Numbered from the whole stretch's first letter, positions 11,574-24,710 are shown. The stretch is 58,846 nt of DNA, filler included, from Sphacelaria rigidula (GCA_964200075.2; 10 parts of 10 records of this genome joined end to end with filler, not necessarily neighbours in it); one strand, 5' to 3'. A program made the numbers and translations. The notes: a model not told the origin generated them from the letters alone.

Positions 11574-13894
11574 CGGTCATACTATAAAAGGGGGGGGGGG
11601 GGGGGGGGGGGGGGGACTCTTTTGTTGTTTGCTTTGGTAATTTGACCTTTGACAACACATCCTTTTCGAGAGGGCGGAAAAAAGGGGGGGGNNNNNNNNN
11701 NNNNNNNNNNNNNNNNNNNNNNNNNNNNNNNNNNNTTAATTAATTAANNNNNNNNNNNNNNNNNNNNNNNNNNNNNNNNNNNNNNNNNNNNCAACATGAT
11801 CTAGCTCGACTACCGTCATGGTTACCGCAGAAAAAACGCAAGCGCGCAAAAAAATCGGTAACGTGCTTGCCTAGCTTACGCAGTGAGTGGTGTGTTTTAC
11901 AGTGTCATCGCCAACCAAAGCCAATCCCATCGGGGGTCCACCCCTGCAAAGCCGGGACGGAGCATGCCGGGTTCTCGCCGGACCAGGCTGGGGGGGGGGC
12001 GTGTACTCATATTCAGGCATGACATAGTCATCGGACCATTGACCAAAGACATAGCAAATGGTCAAACTAGCTGGTCATGGCGAAAAATTCAAGACCCACT
12101 ATTATAGAAACAGTCTATTAATAGTCGTACATGCGAAACAAGCCGAGATTGAAAAAAATCTACGCGTGGTCGTGCCGTACATTTGAAGACAACTCAAGAT
12201 CCGCTGGAAACAATCCCTTCCATGTTTAATACGTAGTCCTACGTATATTACATGTTCAACATTTATTTTTCGGCATTATTCCATTCCCCTCTCCCCTCCC
12301 TCCTCTCGTAAACCTGTAGAAAGATGTACAACAGTAGATGTTCGAAAGTAGTCGCAAACATCGCGAAACAATTAGGAACCTCCCCCCCCTCCCATATATA
12401 TATATATACTACTTTTTTTTTGTCACGTATGTAGCCATTTTTCGGGCATACTTTCAACCCACCACCCATCCTTGTTCCTCACGACCCCTACGTCAGCAGT
12501 CTCAAGGGAATCAAATAAGCCCGCATCTACCTCACGACATGTGTTGGCATCGAGGACTGGATCATGACCATCAGCACTCGCGCACTGCGTCGACTCTCGA
12601 CGTTGGATCATGACCATCACTACCCAAGCCCTCTCGCTTTCAACGACGGGAATCAAATTCCGCCACCAAAACATGCATCACTACATGAAAAGGAGTCAAA
12701 TGAGATAGCTCATGATCCCGAAACGGAACACTATAATGATAGGAAGCAACACTTAGGTAGCTCACGAGTTGTCCTACGTATTAAAATATCGAAAACACTC
12801 AGGATCCCATGTCGTCACCTTCAGCCCAGTACTGACTGGGCTCATTGGCGTGTACGTTGGACCATCGGAAGCGCTGTGGCTAAAGCAAACTACACGAGCT
12901 CGAGTGAGTTCGATCCAAACCGTTTGCCATAATGTAGAGAGGGGAAGAGCAGGGTGTTATCGCGTAAAAAGCCTGGATGAGATGCCCCCCCGTACGGGTT
13001 GTTGTCGAATGCCATTTAGAAATGCCGCGGCCATGATGCAGGCCGGTCGGTTCTTCTTATCGAGACAGGAAAAATATTGAGGGCAAGAACTGCTTCTGAG
13101 AATGATTGTGAAGATTCGCAACCTCATAATCGCAAGAAATCACCCGCCATTCCGGTCGAACGCAAAAAAAAAAAAAATGACTAAGGCCCGGCTGAATCGG
13201 GAAAAAGAGAAGGAGAGCAGGGGGATAGCCACGCCCGAAAAAAAAAAAAAAAAATCACGGCGACCATAGCTTCCGCTACCCTGGTCGCGGCGACCAATCA
13301 ACACGTTGCTTTTCGACACTCGTCGTCGTCGTCGTCGTCGTCGTTGTAATCACATTGAAAAACCGTTCCGATGTCTGCGCAGCCGACGCCTTCCGTTGCC
13401 ACAGGCCAACTACCCCAACATATAGGTTAGATGGAAACAGAAAATACAGTTGCACCCAGGAAAAATTCACACAAACACGACACAAAAGAAATTAAAAAAA
13501 TGAATAAAGTGCACTTGATTTTTTTTTTTTGGTCGCTTCATTTTTTGGTATCGTCAAGGTCATGTCTCGTGATATTGTGACGACGGGACAACACGCTAAC
13601 GCTAACAGGAGACAGTGCGTCACACGCCTCACAGATAACTGTGCACCTCTGCTGTGTGGTCGAAGCCCCATGATGAGCCGAACAGCCCTCGCGTGGCATC
13701 CAATTCACGTTGTCTTTCGCATTCATTCTCTCGACTCATTTTTCCTCCCATGAAAACAAAATCCTAGTGAAAATGACGTTTTTTTTTTCTTTAGCATGGG
13801 GTCGAGGGCGTTAGGAATATAGAGCATCATCCCTCAACGGATCAGAAAAACCGAACACGTGAACGGTCACACAACTTCTCCAGCTCAAAACGAG

Positions 13895-14164
13895 CAATGC
13901 TACGGTAGGGGTTGCACTTTCTGTTTCTGGGTTTCTTTTTTGTAGGAGCCCAAATGTATGAGGCTTACCGTGCAACCCAAATCTCCAAGGAACGGACGCC
14001 CAGACACATGGTATTTGTACGCAGGGGCCTTTTCGTGAATCAGCATAATTTTCAGTTTTTTTCAAGTAAAAATGATGCCGATTCCCAAAATGAGCCGTCC
14101 GACGCCCCGAGCAGCCCCGAGAAACGTTGTCGCTAAAATAAGTGCAACCCCTACCGTAGCATTG
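13895..14164. mobile_element. 270-bp MITE with perfect 25-bp TIRs and a possible 2-bp TSD (CMC/EnSpm-like)
   Basis: caatgctacggtaggggttgcactt (13895-13919) and its exact reverse complement (14140-14164); AG on both flanks. Confidence 0.8.
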
Positions 14165-14546
14165 AGTTTACCTCATCATCATACTTCATGTCTCGATGAG
14201 ACGGGGCCCTCGTGACTTTGGTGGAAACGTATGTACAACATTTTGGCTTGATGCGCGATTCGGCATCTGCTTACCGTTCCAAAAGGCGTAGAGGAACAGC
14301 GGCACCGCCCAGCTGACAGACTTGTAGAAGAGGTAGCTCGAAGCAAAACTCATTCTGCGGTAGTTGAACCTGTATCAATTGCATACGAACACACGAAATG
14401 GACAGCATGGATGACGGGATATTGACAACAGAGAAAAGTAGTACAGTGTGGATCCCATCACATTGCAGTCAAAACCACGTGCCACAAGTCCAACCCGCTA
14501 TAGAGCATCGCGTGTTTGCGTTGCATCAGTGCAGTATGAGGCGCGG

Positions 14547-14672
14547 TCTCGGTATAGTGCAGAGTCCCGGTATAGTGCGGGGCCCCGGTCTAGAGCGAGG
14601 TTCCGGTGGAGTGTGAAGGGTTTCGATATAGTGCGGAGTCCCGGTATAATGCGGGGTCCCACCATAGTGCGA
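14547..14672. repeat. Degenerate ~18-bp minisatellite
   Basis: About 6-7 units of consensus gtcccggtatagtgcggg. Confidence 0.7.
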
Positions 14673-15552
14673 TCTTGACGAGCTAGCGACCCACCGCACT
14701 GTGCAGGGACCCCCTGTCTTTTGACGATAGGGATGAGTGGAGGATGTTTGCTGGCCACAGCTGGCTATTTCACACTCGAAAAAAGGGTAATGTATGCATG
14801 CTCCAGTAGCATGTACAGTGTCTCCCGTATGGGACAACTTTCATTTCAAGAGATTTCTGGCGGCAGTAGCCTCATACTACGACCAGCCCGCCATCGCTTC
14901 TTAGTTAGTTCATGTATATAGACATTCATATAATAACTATCAAACTGAACGGCTTCGATTAGTGGTATTTCATATGAGAAACGCACTTTCAATATCAACA
15001 ATGACTCAAAAAGGAATTCCCATAACATCTCACATCCTGGACAATAAATGGTCAACAGTTGCAATAGGAAGAAGTTGTGCTTAAAAAAAGGGTATTCTTA
15101 TCAACAACAAAAAGCCACATCGATTAAACGTGTGCGCAATCAGACGCCGTGGAAAACAAGCATTTCTTTGACATCGCTCGCACCCCCCAGCTGCGCTTTC
15201 CCAATCAGTGATAACGATCACTACTCCTCCCTGATTCTTTTGGTCACAATGTACCTGCCGCGATACAGAAGCGGCATATTACGTGTGTACTTCATGTTGT
15301 AGCACAACTCGGAAACACTAATGAGGGGATTCCAGAGCACCGCCAACTGCGGATTCATAACCGGTAACGGTATTCATTTTTTTGTATGCAATTTGCTCAT
15401 CACCTGCCGTGACACAAGAGGAGCTTCTGCAGGAACCGGAACTGCGCCAAAGAGTAGTCGCTGGCGTTCACTGCCTGAAGACCTTCCTGACCACTGATGC
15501 CTGTCGCACGGCCCACGCAACAAAACGAACACCACCGAGAGGCGTGGTGGAT

Positions 15553-15855
15553 GTACTCATGATCTTGCGTACCTTTTTCATGATACCATTGACCTCGCAT
15601 TCCCACAACGCCGGGACGGAACACGCCGGAATTTTGCCGGACCACGTTCGCAATCACCAAGCTCGGGAGCGCCGTGGTGTGTGCGGCGAGTCGGATGAAA
15701 GGTGAACTGCATCCTGCTAAATATTGTCCGGCCCGAAGCGTGCTGATTATGTTGCATATGGATGACACCCTACGACGAGTTGCTTCATTTTCTGGTATCC
15801 TTACCTCCAGAGATAGCCATGGCTTACACACTGCCTCATGGGTGTCTCACCATCA
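15553..15855 (+). repeat. Dispersed modular repeat, modules A+B
   Basis: Homologues at 46654-46908 (+), 40889-41133 (-), 53055-53185 (+) and rearranged at 11938-12043. Confidence 0.8.
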
Positions 15856-17349
15856 AGGGCAGGTGGGGGGTGCAGATGGGCAAGAGCACGGATGCACAGG
15901 CGAGGAGAACAACCAGCACGTACTCGAGGAGAATGACCAGCACGCACTCCGCTATCCTTTCCAATGAACGTCCAACCCATCTCCATCGTCGGGACGAGTC
16001 GGTTGTCTGCAAGGAACTAACCAACCATCTAACCCCTTCCCCCCCCCCCCCCCGCCCCCCCCCCCCCCAGCACCCACCCCACACAAGACCCCCAGCACTC
16101 CCACNNNNNNNNNNAAACGTCCAACCCCCCTCCACCGTCGGGACGAGTCGGTTTTCTGCAAGGAACTAACCAACCATCTAACCCCTTCCCCCCCCCCCCC
16201 CCCCCCGTCAAAAAGAAGGCGTATTTGTCAAGATTCGCAGCTCCAACCTCTTGGTATACTCTTTATGCCACTGGCGTGCGGCGGCAGGTCACCTACATGT
16301 AATGACTATACGATCGACGAGTGAAACGGGCTCGTTGACGAGTCGTCTCCCTTGAACGTACGTGCCGATTCTGGATCAGTCCCATTTGCGCCTACGAAAT
16401 CCTACGAACTATGATGTGAGCCCGAAACATAGGATAACATCAAGAAAGCATGAAGAAAAAAAAAACGCTCACGGTACATAACAACAACAATAGGAAGAAC
16501 AGGTCTCGGCTTCGTATGCGCTTGAGAACAAGAAAAAGAAAGAACATGCGCCTATCCTCGATATTCATATATGTTTAGTGATAATTACAATGATTATAAT
16601 GATCATAATTATCACTGTGATTTCCGCGAGCTACATATACTCAAGTCACTTCAAACTCACATTAAAACCCATGGAAGCCGTACGAATTGAAAAACCAACT
16701 ACAATACCGACTCCGAGGTTTTTGCGGACAAACTGGAAGTCATCCAACAAGCAGAAAATACCAGCTTCAATGAGTATGAGTATGACGGGGTAGATGCCGC
16801 CGCGCCCGGATGGTCTAAATTAACCTGGTACGATTACGGTGGAAGGTGGCGAGCGTGGATCCCAACGCATACGTTTTTTTTTTTCGTGACGTGAGCATAA
16901 TTTGGTTTTCGCCATCTTGAAAACGCGAGGATGCCGGCAGCGACGACAATTCGCGAGAGTGGACGCGGTGGGGGAGTGCTGATTGAACCCGCGACAACAA
17001 ATGCCAGGAAGGTATAGGAGGAGATGTGGATGGGTTGGCCTCTTGATATTTCGACCTCTTCCAGAGAAGGGGGAAGCGGTAGATTATGGGTATGACGGCG
17101 GGGAAATAAGGCACGAGCGTAGAGAAGCGAATCAAGATTCAATCACAGGCTTGTACGGGAGAACGCTATCCCCATTCCCATATCTCATCTCAATACTCCC
17201 CCACCACCATTTCTCAGCCCCATGTGATCCCAAATTACAAAGGCTTCTACAGTACCGAGAGAGAGAAATGGGCTGATCCCTTGAGATCACGGACTCATCT
17301 CGAGGAATGGGAAGGGTTGAAAGTTTGTCTCTTCCCCCCCCCCATGACT

Positions 17350-17575
17350 GCGGCATGCAAGGTCATGAGTACACCCCCCCTGGTGGCCACAGACGGCGAA
17401 ACAGGATGGGGATAAGGTATGTAAAATGTTTTTGTGCGATGTATGGAAGAAACGTAATGAGTGCCCAAATGTTGGAGGTGTCTCTATTAGGAGTAGGAAC
17501 GGTGCTCCGTCTCGAAAGGGATGCGTGGCCAATGGTCAAATGACTGAGGCAAGGAACAAATGAGTACGCGCACAC
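17350..17575 (+). repeat. Dispersed modular repeat, module C (preceded by the inverted start of module A)
   Basis: gtgctccgtctcgaaagggatgcgtgg..aatggtcaaa..gact..ggcaag..aacaaatgagtacgc is also at 58776-58846 (+) and 53208-53302 (-). Confidence 0.8.
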
Positions 17576-17686
17576 GCCCGCACTCCNNNNNNNNNNNNNN
17601 NNNNNNNNNNNNNNNNNNNNNNNNNNNNNNTTAATTAATTAANNNNNNNNNNNNNNNNNNNNNNNNNNNNNNNNNNNNNNNNNNNN

Positions 17687-17932
17687 GTACACAAAATTCG
17701 ACTTAACGGTCGACGAGGGAAAGGAACTGCTGAACCCCTCTCGCGATGAAAAGTAAAAGGCAAGCCCCGCAGAAGGAAGGTGGGGTACTCAAAATAAAAA
17801 AGTATAACTCCTGTGTTGACCTTCCTCCTGTGTGACCTCGGCTGATGATGCGCCCACATATATATCTCGAAAGGGGTAGACTGGCGCCCAGAATAAATGG
17901 GACGACAACACACACACAACACAACACACAAA
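17687..17932 (+). mobile_element. SINE family 1, 3' part with (CA)-rich tail (5' cut by contig end)
   Basis: Reverse complement of the 11330-11573 and 25587-25800 sequence; ends in acaacacacacacaacacaacacac. Confidence 0.75.
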
Positions 17933-18230
17933 CACCCTGTGACCGTTCTTTTCCGTCAAAGGTTTGCAGCTGTTTTTGTTTTGGGGGGGGGGGGGGCTAT
18001 CGCGGCATCAAAACGCGATCCTTTGAAAAAATGGATCAATCATAAAACTGCGGGAACCTTTCTCTCTTTTCGGTTCTTGTGACCAGCGGGAACTGTTTAG
18101 CGTGTGGTCGAATGTTATCAAAGCATACCACGCGTTGAATGTTGGTCATGCATACAAAGGTCCGCACCACCGTACATAGGTCGGGTCGAGAGCGAGCTAG
18201 AGCTACCACTCACCTACCTACCTTGAGTAC

Positions 18231-21200
18231 ATGTTCCTGTACACAAGGAGAGCAAGAGCGTCGTCTCTTGCTCTTGCCAGGCTCGCGCCTCTTGCTATGC
18301 TCCTCCTCAATCGCGGCGGCTGCGCCTTTCAGCACCATGGCATTCTCGCTCAGCGAGTGCTACGTGCAACATGTTCACAGCGGGCAGTCCCACCGCAAGC
18401 GACAGTCCGCGCATCCCTGTCCGTACTCTCCATGTCTTGGGATGGTGATTCTATTAGCCATGAATCAAGCCGTAGCGGCGGTCGTGGTGGTGGCCGCGGT
18501 AGACAAGACGTTGACCGCAGTTTCGGCAGCCCGAACACTGTGAGCACGAGTACACCCAACCGACGAAGCCTCGGTGGAAGACCTCGACCGAGACACACCT
18601 TCGAGGAAGGGGGCAGAGGGGGTAGCCCTAGGGAGGGCTGGGGAAGTAGTAGCAGCCAAGGCAGAAGCGGGCGAGGCGGGCGGGGTCGGGGTAGAGGAGG
18701 AGGACGAGATAGCAGCCTCAGACAACGTGCGCAAGACTCAGGCCGGGCAACAAAGGCCGACTTCGATACCCGCGAGTCGGGTCCGATGCGGTGGCAAGCG
18801 GATCAGCAGCAGGACCAGAGGGCACGTCGCCGTGGCGGCGGCGACGACGGCGACGCACGGAGCTTCGGTGGTAGGGGGCGTGGTCGTCGTGGGATAAGCG
18901 GCAACCGCGGCGGCTTTGGCGGCTCCCGTGATCCTGGAAACGATTATCGGGGCTCGGGACAGGGCGAGCGAGGACGGCGAGGGGAGCGAGGGCGCGTGAG
19001 TACGGACGGGAGAGCGCGGGTTGACTACAAAGAAAGGACGCCGAGAGATTCAAGGGGTGGGCCTGCGCGGGAACAAATCGGACTTGACGATGTGTTGGAT
19101 CAGTACCGGACTGGAGGACTCGGTGTCGGTGTGAACAGGGATGGTGATGATGAAGGAGATATGTGCGATGGCGCGGAGTACGACGATAGCGGTGGTGGTG
19201 CAGCGGATGGCCCTGCTTCGGACTGGATGAAGGACGAACTGTGTGAGAGTTGATTGGGTCTTGTTTGGCGTAACCGCCCTGGCCACGGATAAAATTTCTC
19301 CAAATCCACACGTGGCATTTGGTCTCTTTTATAGCTCGGTGTTTTGGTATCGTAATTTGTGCCCTAGCGATCTCCAGCGACTTCGCGGTCGATGAGTTGC
19401 ATCAGGAGTATCACTTGCATGCTCTTCATGCAGTCTTCAACCGCGCTGTCTTCTTCTATAAGTGTACTTCGCTGGCCCAAGTGTTATATGAGGCAGTCAC
19501 ATGACCACTAAGTCAGTAAGCACTCATTCGTTCAGTGGTCAAATATCTACTTTACGGTCAAAGTGCAGGGCAACTGTGAGTTTGAATACCCCTTCGTGAT
19601 TCTCTCGGATTAAGTTGATACCGTAGAGCTGTTGGTACGGTACTCGTTGATCCAATGAAGTGAGTGACCGTTTGTCGCCGTGCGTTGATTTTACAAGTAG
19701 GGTGCCAGCAAATACTTCCTACTGGAGTTAGTCAGTTGTGCTTCAATACCAAATCGTGCTGCCACGTGCAGTATATCATTCATGACATCAGCGAGGATAA
19801 GTGAGGACATTTGCGCATCCATTCACGCTAAGGACGCTTGGGAAGACGATTCTATACTCGAGTAGTCTAGTGGTCAGCTGTATTGGCGCCCGCTTGTGTG
19901 CGACGCCTACCGGTTGATATGGTGTGGTCTTCGGCCGTTGTTGCTGTATTGTGGTCAGTTACCTCGCCGTGCACAGCCGATTCTGTCTTCTTGCGTTATT
20001 AAAGCGTGGACGACTTGATCTATGCTTCATCATGTCATCTCAACACCCAATCCTACATTGACACGCACGCCTACATAATAGATACCATTCGCACCCCCTC
20101 CCCGCAACGTGTTGCCTAATCACCCCTCGTTTAATCAGCTGACTTTCAGGCCGAGCTTGCCGCTGGGATGGACGGAGCTGACGAGAATCTTGACATTGAC
20201 ATGGTGTACGGGATCGCGCCGGTTCTGAACGCATTACGCAATACTCGGCGCGAGATGCTCGGACTATACATCCAAGACGGATTGACACCGGGAAATAAGA
20301 AGGACCGAAATGCTGCAAACAAAATTTACGATATTGCCCGAGAAAATGATGTCATGTGAGTCGCGTCGGGAGTAAGGAATGGCCTGCTAAAGCGCATATG
20401 ATAGCTCGGGGCTTTTGCTCCCCGTTGCCCCATGCTGTAAGCCCTGCTGACAGCTGCGGTTGCGCAGTAGAGCTCTTGTGTATTTGTTGCGCGAGCGTTT
20501 CCTGACGCCCACTTTCGGTACACCGACAATTGCGATGTGTGACGTTTTGTAGCACCCGATAATCGAAAACGACATACATCTGAAACACGATTTGTGACAA
20601 TAAGTTATGTCTACAGGATTTTTGTTTTGATCTTCATGACGTTACTTCAAGCGCCCGAAAATCGAAGGCAGCGCACTTCCGAAGCACAATCACTGTGGTT
20701 TATGAATTATTTCAAAAGCTGTTACTTCTGAGCACCCTGAAATGCGGACTCCACGATTATGACGCTGCTCACCGCCCTTCATTCCCCTCACCTTCCACCA
20801 CGTGCTCGTTTCGCAAATCTTGGATTTACGTCAAACCAAATCTTGCGTTGAACAGCATGACGGTGACTGACAAGGGCTACCTCAACACACTCTGCGGTAA
20901 CCGGCCGCACCAAGGCTTTGTTCTCAAGGCCCGCAAGTTGCAATTTGAACCAATTCTCTTCTTACCTCCCATCCCCGGCATGGACAGCAGCCAAGCAGTA
21001 GCGCCCATAACAAAAACAACCGCGACCACTCAGCAGGACGGTGAAAACGCCGATGAAGGTGATGACGATGAAGACAATCCACAAGGCAAAGGAGAGGAAT
21101 CAACGAAGGTCAGTCGCACCGTCGAGGCAGCTCCGGGGCAGGTCTGGCTAGCTCTGGACGAAGTCACGGACCCGCAAAATTTCGGGGCGCTGCTTCGATC

Positions 21201-21765
21201 CGCACATTTTTTCGGGGCGTCGGGGATAGTCACTTGTGCCAAAAATTCAGCCTCCCTCACGGCCGCCGTATCCAAGGCAAGCGCAGGTGCAGCGGAGGTG
21301 ATGCGCATCCACTCAACCGCCAATATGATGCGCTTTCTCAAGCGCAGTCGGGAAAACGGTTGGCGCATCGTGGGCACTGCTGTAAACGAGAGGTCGATTA
21401 CGCTGCACGAGCTATCGGCGGGCGCCGAGGCGCCACCGACGGTAGTCGTACTTGGCAACGAGGGCTACGGCGTACGTCCCAATGTATTGCGGGAGTGCGA
21501 CCTTTTGGTGGAGGTAGAGGGGGAAGGGGGTGGGGCTCTAGCCGCAGGCGCGAAACCGTCAACAGTGGACTCGCTAAACGTTAGCGTTACGGGAGGGGTA
21601 ATGTTGTTCCATCTTATGGCAGCGGTCAAGTTCGCGACCGCCGCTGGCGCGAGCCGTGGTGAGACGGTGGTAGAGACGGGGGAAGGCGCTGCAACGATGC
21701 ATAACGTAGATCCTGCGATGGCGGCGACCGGGGTTGAGGGTGATGTGACTACGGCGGCGCCATAG
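18231..21765 (+). CDS. MRM1: SpoU/TrmH-family rRNA 2'-O-methyltransferase (MRM1/RlmB-like), probably plastid-targeted
   Basis: join(18231..19242,20139..20355,20856..21765) = 2139 nt / 712 aa, with GT-AG introns in compatible phases. Substrate-binding domain VYGIAPVLNAL...RPHQGFVL; SPOUT motifs LALDEVTDPQNFGALLRSA, VSKASAGA, VVLGNEGYG, DSLNVSV. Confidence 0.9.
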
Positions 21766-22032
21766 CAAGTGCGCGGGCCTGAGTATTGGTGGGAGTGGGG
21801 AGTGCAAACGAAGTAGAAACTTTTGTGCTGAATCTGCCAAATTCATCTCCGCTGACTGACGTGGAGGGAGATCACTCAGTGCGGCGCATCTCGTCCGGGA
21901 ACTTTTTCTTTAGGATAGATTTATCGGGACTCGTCTACCGGTTGTACGACTCTTCCCTCGCTGCAGGAAGAAACAAGGGCGAAATAATTTTTCCATCATA
22001 GGCAGTATTGATCGACTCTGCCGAAGTCACTG

Positions 22033-23241
22033 TACGAGTTGGGCCAGCCTAGAAACGGATTTATGCTCTCACAGCCATATATCATCGACGCAGACGAGTT
22101 GGGCCGTGATCCGCACATCGTATTAATCGTCCAATCAAGGGGAAGGTGCCCATCTGCTCCAAAGTCTAGGCCAATATTTTTTTTCGTTGATCAACCCCAT
22201 GACTCTAGTAATTCCTACACCGTACGGAGATAGCGTCCATATTGAAGTCTACATGAAACCCCGAACTATACATTCAGCGGATGACAATTTTTGGTGCTGA
22301 CACAACCCGGAGCACGGGGGACGATAGATACCCTCACCATAACGTAATTCGTAGTCTATCTCGAGATATGGCGCACATGAGGTTCGATACAAAAATCAAT
22401 ATATTACGAGCAGAGGCACTAGATGCCCTACACCTGGATATCGCGTCTCACTTTCGAGAGTTATGCTATGAAATTTCGTGTGGAGAACCGTTGGTGCGTT
22501 ATAAAATAAAACAAGAACAGTTTTTTTCGTTTTTTTCGTGTTTTTAAGGGGGTTTTGAGGATAAATGGACATTGCTCTTAGACCTGCCTCAATTTTTTAA
22601 CTCAATTTTTAAAGTTGTGATTCCAAACTTAGCATGGTGAAGCACAAAGGTATGCTGAAATAAAAGTTAAATGAGCCTTGAATTTTTTTCGGGGGGGGGA
22701 GGTTCGGGCGTTCTCGAAAATAAATGGTCGTTGCGATACTAAAACACCCTTAACCAGTTGAAAAAATGTAGAAATACCAACCTGATTCACTATTTTTGGT
22801 TCACTTTACTCCGACGAGGTCCCACACAATATTTCAGTACACAAACACAAACACCAAACGTGGGCAGGTAGGTGGCCTCAAAACACTGTGCCGGAATCCT
22901 ACCGACCCGATTACTAAACGGCCGATTCGCCAGCCAATATTCAGAGCTGGACCCTAAAAATTGCTATGGACGATAAATAGTGCATTATAAAAAAAATTAC
23001 GCGTGCAAACATTTTTTTCTTTCATGGTTTAAGGGCATTTCACTGATGGTTGTACTGATTACTAATAACTGACAACTGATTATTGCCCTGAAATCATGGG
23101 GAAAAAAAAGTTGAGTGCACGGGTAATTTTTTCTTGTGCCCATTTCATTTTCCATACCAATTTTTAGGGTCCGACTCTGAATATTGGCCGGCGAATGGGC
23201 CTGAAAACTATAAATTCGCTTCTACGCTGGCCCAGCTTGTG
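22033..23241. mobile_element. 1.2-kb non-autonomous TIR element, copy 2, with subterminal hairpin (22920-23201)
   Basis: Ends tacgagttgggccagcc ... gctggcccagcttgtg; alignable end to end with 9154-10354. Confidence 0.85.
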
Positions 23242-24435
23242 GGGTGTGTATGCGATGGCTATGCTCCGCTCCCTCGCGATGATTCAACCCTTTTGGGACT
23301 GGGCCTCCAGAACGACCAATGAGGCTGGTAAGGAATGACGTGTCCTGCATATGCATGAAACAGTGGATTCACGTTGCTAAATATCCACGTATGAAGTAAC
23401 CGCAGGGTTAGAGGAAGACTCAAGTTTTATCCAATCTATTTTCAGGTGCAGGTACAAACTGTCTGTACTATAATCCGGGTGNNNNNNNNNNNNNNNNNNN
23501 NNNNNNNNNNNNNNNNNNNNNNNNNTTAATTAATTAANNNNNNNNNNNNNNNNNNNNNNNNNNNNNNNNNNNNNNNNNNNNATACAGCATGGCTGCTTGC
23601 GTGTCATGGCGAGTCGACTCGTATAAATCTTGATTTGTCCTAACCGTGCACCTTATGCTTGTATGTGGTGTTAACCCAGCACTTTGCCCCTCCTGGTTCT
23701 GTATGGGTTGCTGGGATTTGATAACAAAAGTGAACGATCCATTATTGTTTATTCCATGAAGGTGGCATGTCGTTAACCTTCTTCTGATATCTGATAGATC
23801 ATGCTTGTATGTGTTTTAACCCTGCACTTTGCCCCTCCCGGTTCTGTATGGGTTGGTGGGCTCCCCCCCCCGATCCCCCTTTTTTTGTTCATTCCTCTCT
23901 GCCGGGGATGCGCGATCAGGCACGGAAAATAATGGAGCGGGAACAAGGGAAATACACGCGCCCGATCGTGACGGAGTGCCTGAAGGCTCAGATCTACTGG
24001 CCGGCAGAGGTGAGGTCGCGTGCTTTTAATGAGTGAACATGTTCTCAAGGTTTTTCGCACGTACCCCGACATTGCACACATGTGCAGTCATTACACCAGT
24101 GTAACTCGAGATGCGATTGATGGCGACTCTAAGCTACATTTGAGTGATGTTCTGTTGTCTTGAGGCGTGTGTACTGTGTTGTGATGGATGTGCTGCGCTG
24201 TGGAGAGAGGGCAGTTCTCTCCTGGACATTTGATACCGAGGCAGGACTTTTCGAATGACTCCGAGATTGCTGCTGAAAGCTGTATTTGAAAAAAAATACA
24301 ACGACCGCCCTTTTTATTAATCGAAACACGGCAACTTATGGTGGCATTCCTTGTGAGTTCGGGTCGTGGTCATGCTGAAATCACACTTGTCCGTATCTTG
24401 GTCCGCTAGCCAATCATCTAGTACACCGTAAACAT

Positions 24436-24710
24436 ATTGAGACTTTCACGGGACGGCGGGACGGGACGGAACGGGACGGGACGAGATCGGTAGTTTTCCT
24501 GATACCTGAGAACGTGACGCGACGGGACTTTCACGAGACGGTGGGACGAGACGGGACGAGATCGGTAGTATTCCTGACGCCTGAAAACATGACGGGACGG
24601 GACAGACGGATACTTGTCCCGTGATATTCCGCTGTCTCGCCCCGTTCTCACGGGATTCGAATCCCGTCTTGTTATATCCCATTCCGTCCTGACGGGGAAG
24701 TGGGCATGCA
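24436..24710. repeat. CGGGA/GACGG-rich repeat, probable DNA-transposon subterminal region
   Basis: Multiple gacgggacgg units, an internal duplication (gacgggacgagatcggtagt..tcctga x2) and inverted ccgtc copies at the right end. Confidence 0.55.

Noticed and set aside
11792..13800. Many short ORFs in contig 3
   Set aside because: No recognisable domains or consistent exon chain; treated as non-coding.
14547..14672. Regular short repeats as a CRISPR-like array
   Set aside because: No unique spacers; degenerate head-to-tail minisatellite in eukaryotic DNA.
15967..16206. Direct repeat flanking a 10-N gap
   Set aside because: Likely unmerged scaffold overlap at a poly-C tract.
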